A DNA stretch of 64,000 nucleotides, from assembly GCA_964016885.1 (NCBI GenBank), contig OZ024740.1, positions 232,686,001 through 232,750,000 of the forward strand, given 5' to 3'. Source of the stretch: Eledone cirrhosa. Taxonomy: Eukaryota. A program made the position numbers and the translations under genes. The notes under the pieces were generated by a model, which did not search any database, was not told the DNA's origin, and saw nothing but the letters and a program-made list of their open reading frames with translations. Below, one piece after another: positions 59,605 to 64,000 of the stretch. The first letter of the stretch is position 1. Each line of letters starts with the position of its first letter.

Positions 59605-60385
59605 CTTCTTCTTCTTTGCCCATTTATTTCCAAGGAGGGTCTTCGGGACAGAATCCGCAAGCCCGCCTTCCAGCGAGTGTTTTCAGAAGCAACAGTCTCC
59701 AATTGATCCGGCTGGATCCCCAAGCAAGACCAACCGAAATTTTGGATGTCATCCAACCATCTTGCTTCTGGTCTACTTAAGAGTCTCCTGTTCCTTCGGA
59801 ATATTCTTAAAATGTGCCCAGCGATTTTCCCCGTAGACATTTTAACCGCATGTCCTTAGTATCTGAGCTGTTATCTCTCGATTCGGAGAAGTAGCGGTTC
59901 TACATCGAGCGACTCTCTAATCTCCAAGTTACCCTACGAATAAACATTACTCCAAACGCACTAAGTACCTCATTTCAGCCGGTTGTATCATATTTGCGAT
60001 CGTATTCTTTCGATGATTACCAGAGATTCATATCAGGGTAAGGCTAAGCACGAACACCGTATTACAGATACACAGTTTGGTTTTTACAACTACCTCAATT
60101 CTTCTGATGAGTGAGGGCTGAAGCTGGCACAATACTGCACCAGCTACTGCAATTCTTGCATTTAATTCAGCCTCCTGTTTGCATCAATCATGAAAAAGGC
60201 GCCGAGATACTTAAACTTCTTCATTCGCTTCACTAGAAATCTGAATGTGTTGTGAAGATTCTTGAGTGTCTTAGTCTTTACAGTACTAATTTTCATTCCT
60301 GTCGTGCAACACTCGGCAGAAAATCTATTCAGTGCATGTCTTCTAGTCACTGTATTTAATATTGCTCTTGCAGATGATGATATTG
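59605..60385 (-). pseudogene. Degraded RTE-clade RT/3' end
   Basis: LNRFSAECCTTGMKISTVKTK..KKFKYLG and RPEARWLDDIQNFGWSCLGIQP, ending in an (AAG) tail. Confidence 0.8.
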
Positions 60386-60694
60386 TTAAGAAGTAAGAAT
60401 TCCCCACCCACCCATTAACAAAAATATCATCTGGCGTGTTCTCAATAGATATTTATCTTACGAATAGTCTGTTGATACACATACGAGTGCGCACGCGCAC
60501 ACACACATACAAACTCACCGTTAAATATATTACATACATGCAAGCATGCATACATACATACATACATATACATACATAAATACATACATAAATACATACA
60601 TACTCACTTACATAGAGATACATACATATATACATACATACATACATACATACATACATACATACATACATACATACATACATACATACATACA

Positions 60695-60728
<34 letters not shown>

Positions 60729-63411
60729 CATACTTACAGATTCAAACTCACATGCACACTTACTAAAGACATTAGTTGTAATAAACTAAAGAAAGAATAC
60801 TCAATACTAGAATTAAAGTATAGAACATTTGTATATGCTCACTTAAAAAGTATGTCGGGTGTTTGGATTCACATCAACATAGGGAAATATAATTTCTCTC
60901 TATTTTTCCTTATTAGGCAATTACATTCTCACCGTATAATCTATTTCTAAAAATCATTAGCTCACAATACAGAGAGATGGGGAGGGCGATAGAGATGAAG
61001 GTGATGGCAGTGAGAGTTCGGCGCTTCCGTGTTCGGACCTGGTGTGCAGCGTCAGCTGTCCGTAATGAGCTAGTGAATGACAGAGTTTTAGTTGTATATA
61101 AATGAAGCCCTGTGTTTGTTAAGTTACGAAACACGCTAGAAAGCACTGACTTCCACTCTACCCTCACTTTATTTTGTGTGTTATGACTATCACACAACCA
61201 TTATGACTACCACTACCATCTCCGCCATCATCATCATCATTATCACACCACCACCACCATGATCAACACCACTACCGTCACCACCACGATCATCATTCTC
61301 TACATTAAATAGGGGAAATCTAATTTAACCCTTGTTTCCCCTACTGATGGCGTGTTTGAGTAATCGACCTGACAGATTTACTTTTTTTTTTAATATACTA
61401 AATGGTTAAGCCTCCTCATGTCCAAGTTAGCCTTGCGATACTTGTTCCGGTTATCTATAAACTGATTTCAAATTCCGCCAATATCCATTTTCATCATTTC
61501 AGGATCAATGGAAATAAAATAAAGTTCAGGGCGGTAGATTGGTGGAATTGTCAAAACGCTGATTGGGATATTTTACGATATCTATTCTGCCATTGTAAGT
61601 TCTGGGTTCAGAATTCACGTCCTATGATTTGAAGACAGCTGACATGATTAGGCCTAGCATTAAATTATCAAAGGAACCTCTGTATTATATGGAATCATAG
61701 CTAAAGCCGACTAAACACATTTCGATGTGAGACGTAACATCAAAAGGTAATGGTGAAGTTTGTTTCCCTGATAAGGTCTTAAAATACCAAATATATTCGT
61801 ACATACTGATATAACTAAATTAATATTAGTTGAAAATCAATATTTTATATTCTTTATCGAATAATCCTTTCTATCTTAAATATGCTAACACTTTCCTATT
61901 GTTTTTCAAGTGGATGGTGTCCATGAGTAGTCTCTCTGAGTCATATATATATAACTTTAATCAATTATCAGACCTAATTAGGCTCTCATATATATGTATA
62001 TCATAATATATTGCTGTCAGGTCTGTTAGCATGTGATAATATACTATTTGCCAATTGTTGACTACCAATCATTTGCCTACTGTATATATCATACATATAT
62101 AATCATATAATTTATTTTCACAATATATCATTCCATTCTAAACGGAAATTACAGAGAATTTCCTTTCCAGTTTTCTATCGTGTTTTATAAACATTTTATA
62201 AAATATGAAATAAGGTCCACTGTATTCTGTTTAAGATATGAGTTGCACTGAAGAAAGCAGATATCTTGAAATAAATCCATCTGTGATTACATAAGAAGTC
62301 AAAGTTAATTATGATTTCCAAATTCAAATAAATGTATTTTTAACTCTAAAACACCATATATTCTTGTCGCTACGTTAATTCCCGTTGTTCTGTCCTAGAC
62401 TAAACTAGCTACTCAAGAAAAATCTTTAGTTGATCAATAGACAAACTACCTCATTTTTCGTTTTGCTATGTTTATAATGTGGATGACAGGGTCGACAGCG
62501 AAATTTAGTACAGTGAAAGTACCCCAAAAATCGAAGAACAAAGGTGTATAGTTTCTTGGGACCCGGGTTGAATATCCTGTATTCTCTTGTATATTACACC
62601 TGTCTTTTACCTACACACACTATATATATATATGTAATGGAATGAGAGAGAGGAAGCGGGAGAGAGAAAGAGGGAGAGAGGGAGGGAGAGAGAGATGAAG
62701 AGAGAGAGACACGCTTACCAAACACGAACTTAAGTATATGTTGGATTTCTCCACCCTTCTAAACATGTTTACTCCTTGCCACTAATAAACTCTTACTTCT
62801 GCTCTCATCCTCTTCCACATACATGTTTCTTCTTTTTCTCTCTCACACCAACTCACACCAAATCTCTATCTATTCCCCTCTATCTCTTCTTGTTTCTTCA
62901 GCCGTTACTTTCTCTTACGACGTTCCAATCCATAAAACATAGACAAACAAGCACTCGTTCTCTGTGTTTGAGCTACTGCCTGCCATAAATACATACGTCC
63001 ATATATACATACACACAAGCAAGCTCACACGTACACATATAATGTATGTAAATTCACTTAAATTACTATATACAATTAAATAAGTAAATATGTCTGGAAA
63101 ATATATTTACATACTTTGAATGCATTTTTCTGGTACATTACACATTAACACAATCACAAACAAACACACGGGCGCATCCTCTCACTACAAACACACAAAA
63201 TACCAAAATCCTCCACACAGAACTACGTATATATAGACCCCTTGTACCTGGGTGACCCTTCGATACTCTTTGTTTTTCCTGTAGCTGTTATTATTGATAA
63301 TCTTCAATGCAGGCAGTTGGAAGTTTGCATAACCACATGCAAGCATAAAACTCTTCATAATTTCCCTCACAGATACGCATAGACATAAACACACACACAC
63401 GCGTGTGTGTT

Positions 63412-63473
<62 letters not shown>

Positions 63474-63536
63474 TGTGTGTGTGTGTTTATGCGTATGTGT
63501 GTGGCTGTGTACTTGTGTGGCTATGTTTATGATTGA

Positions 63537-63573
<37 letters not shown>

Positions 63574-64000
63574 ATGCGTATGTGTGTGGCTGTGTACTTG
63601 TGTGGCTATGTTTATGATTGATTATGGAAAGAAATAGAACAACACTCAATATATGCTTAGACTCATATATATATATAATTATGATCTTTGCCCTGATACA
63701 CGAGACACATGGCCCTCGAGACATTGCTCCTATATATGTATATATAAATGTGTGTGTTTGGTTTGTGTGTGAGTGTGTGTCTGTGTGTTAGTGTGCGTGT
63801 GTATGTGGGGGGGGGGGGGGCACAAACGAAATCAATTGAAAAGTTGTATTGACTTACTGAACTTAATTCAACCTTACTACATCCCTATATGAACAAAGGT
63901 TCGCAGTTATAGTGAGGAATCTAACATCTTCCAAATTCAGTTACGATTCCGGTAGGGCAGTATTCCATCTCCAACAGCCTCAGTCGTACGATCATGTAAA

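Noticed and set aside
63185-63400. Unique-sequence ORF / possible exon on either strand
   Set aside because: No matching acceptor-donor pair and no recognisable domain.

Overview
A 64-kb, extremely AT-rich, repeat-saturated eukaryotic window (intronic or intergenic). The mix of very long (AT)n/(AC)n microsatellites, tRNA-derived SINEs, RTE, R4/Dong and Tx1 LINE remnants and mariner/pogo relics resembles an octopus/coleoid genome; this is an inference from repeat style only. No intact host gene is evident. Nearly all ORFs in the track are translations of microsatellites; the real coding remnants come from transposons, plus a few weak exon candidates. The main unexplained signal is a dense population of more than 30 short (about 60-700 bp) non-coding inserts sitting inside (TA)n tracts, from about ten sequence-unrelated families (labelled A-J here). 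They share one architecture: an inverted arm, a hammerhead-ribozyme (HHR) motif (CUGANGA...GAAA with stems I-III, some with compensatory changes between copies), and a 3' tail starting with an ACTC...GAGT(A/G)CT hairpin. This fits non-autonomous Penelope-like (PLE) pseudo-LTR or retrozyme-type elements that target TA microsatellites. Coordinates were read by eye and may be off by a few bases.
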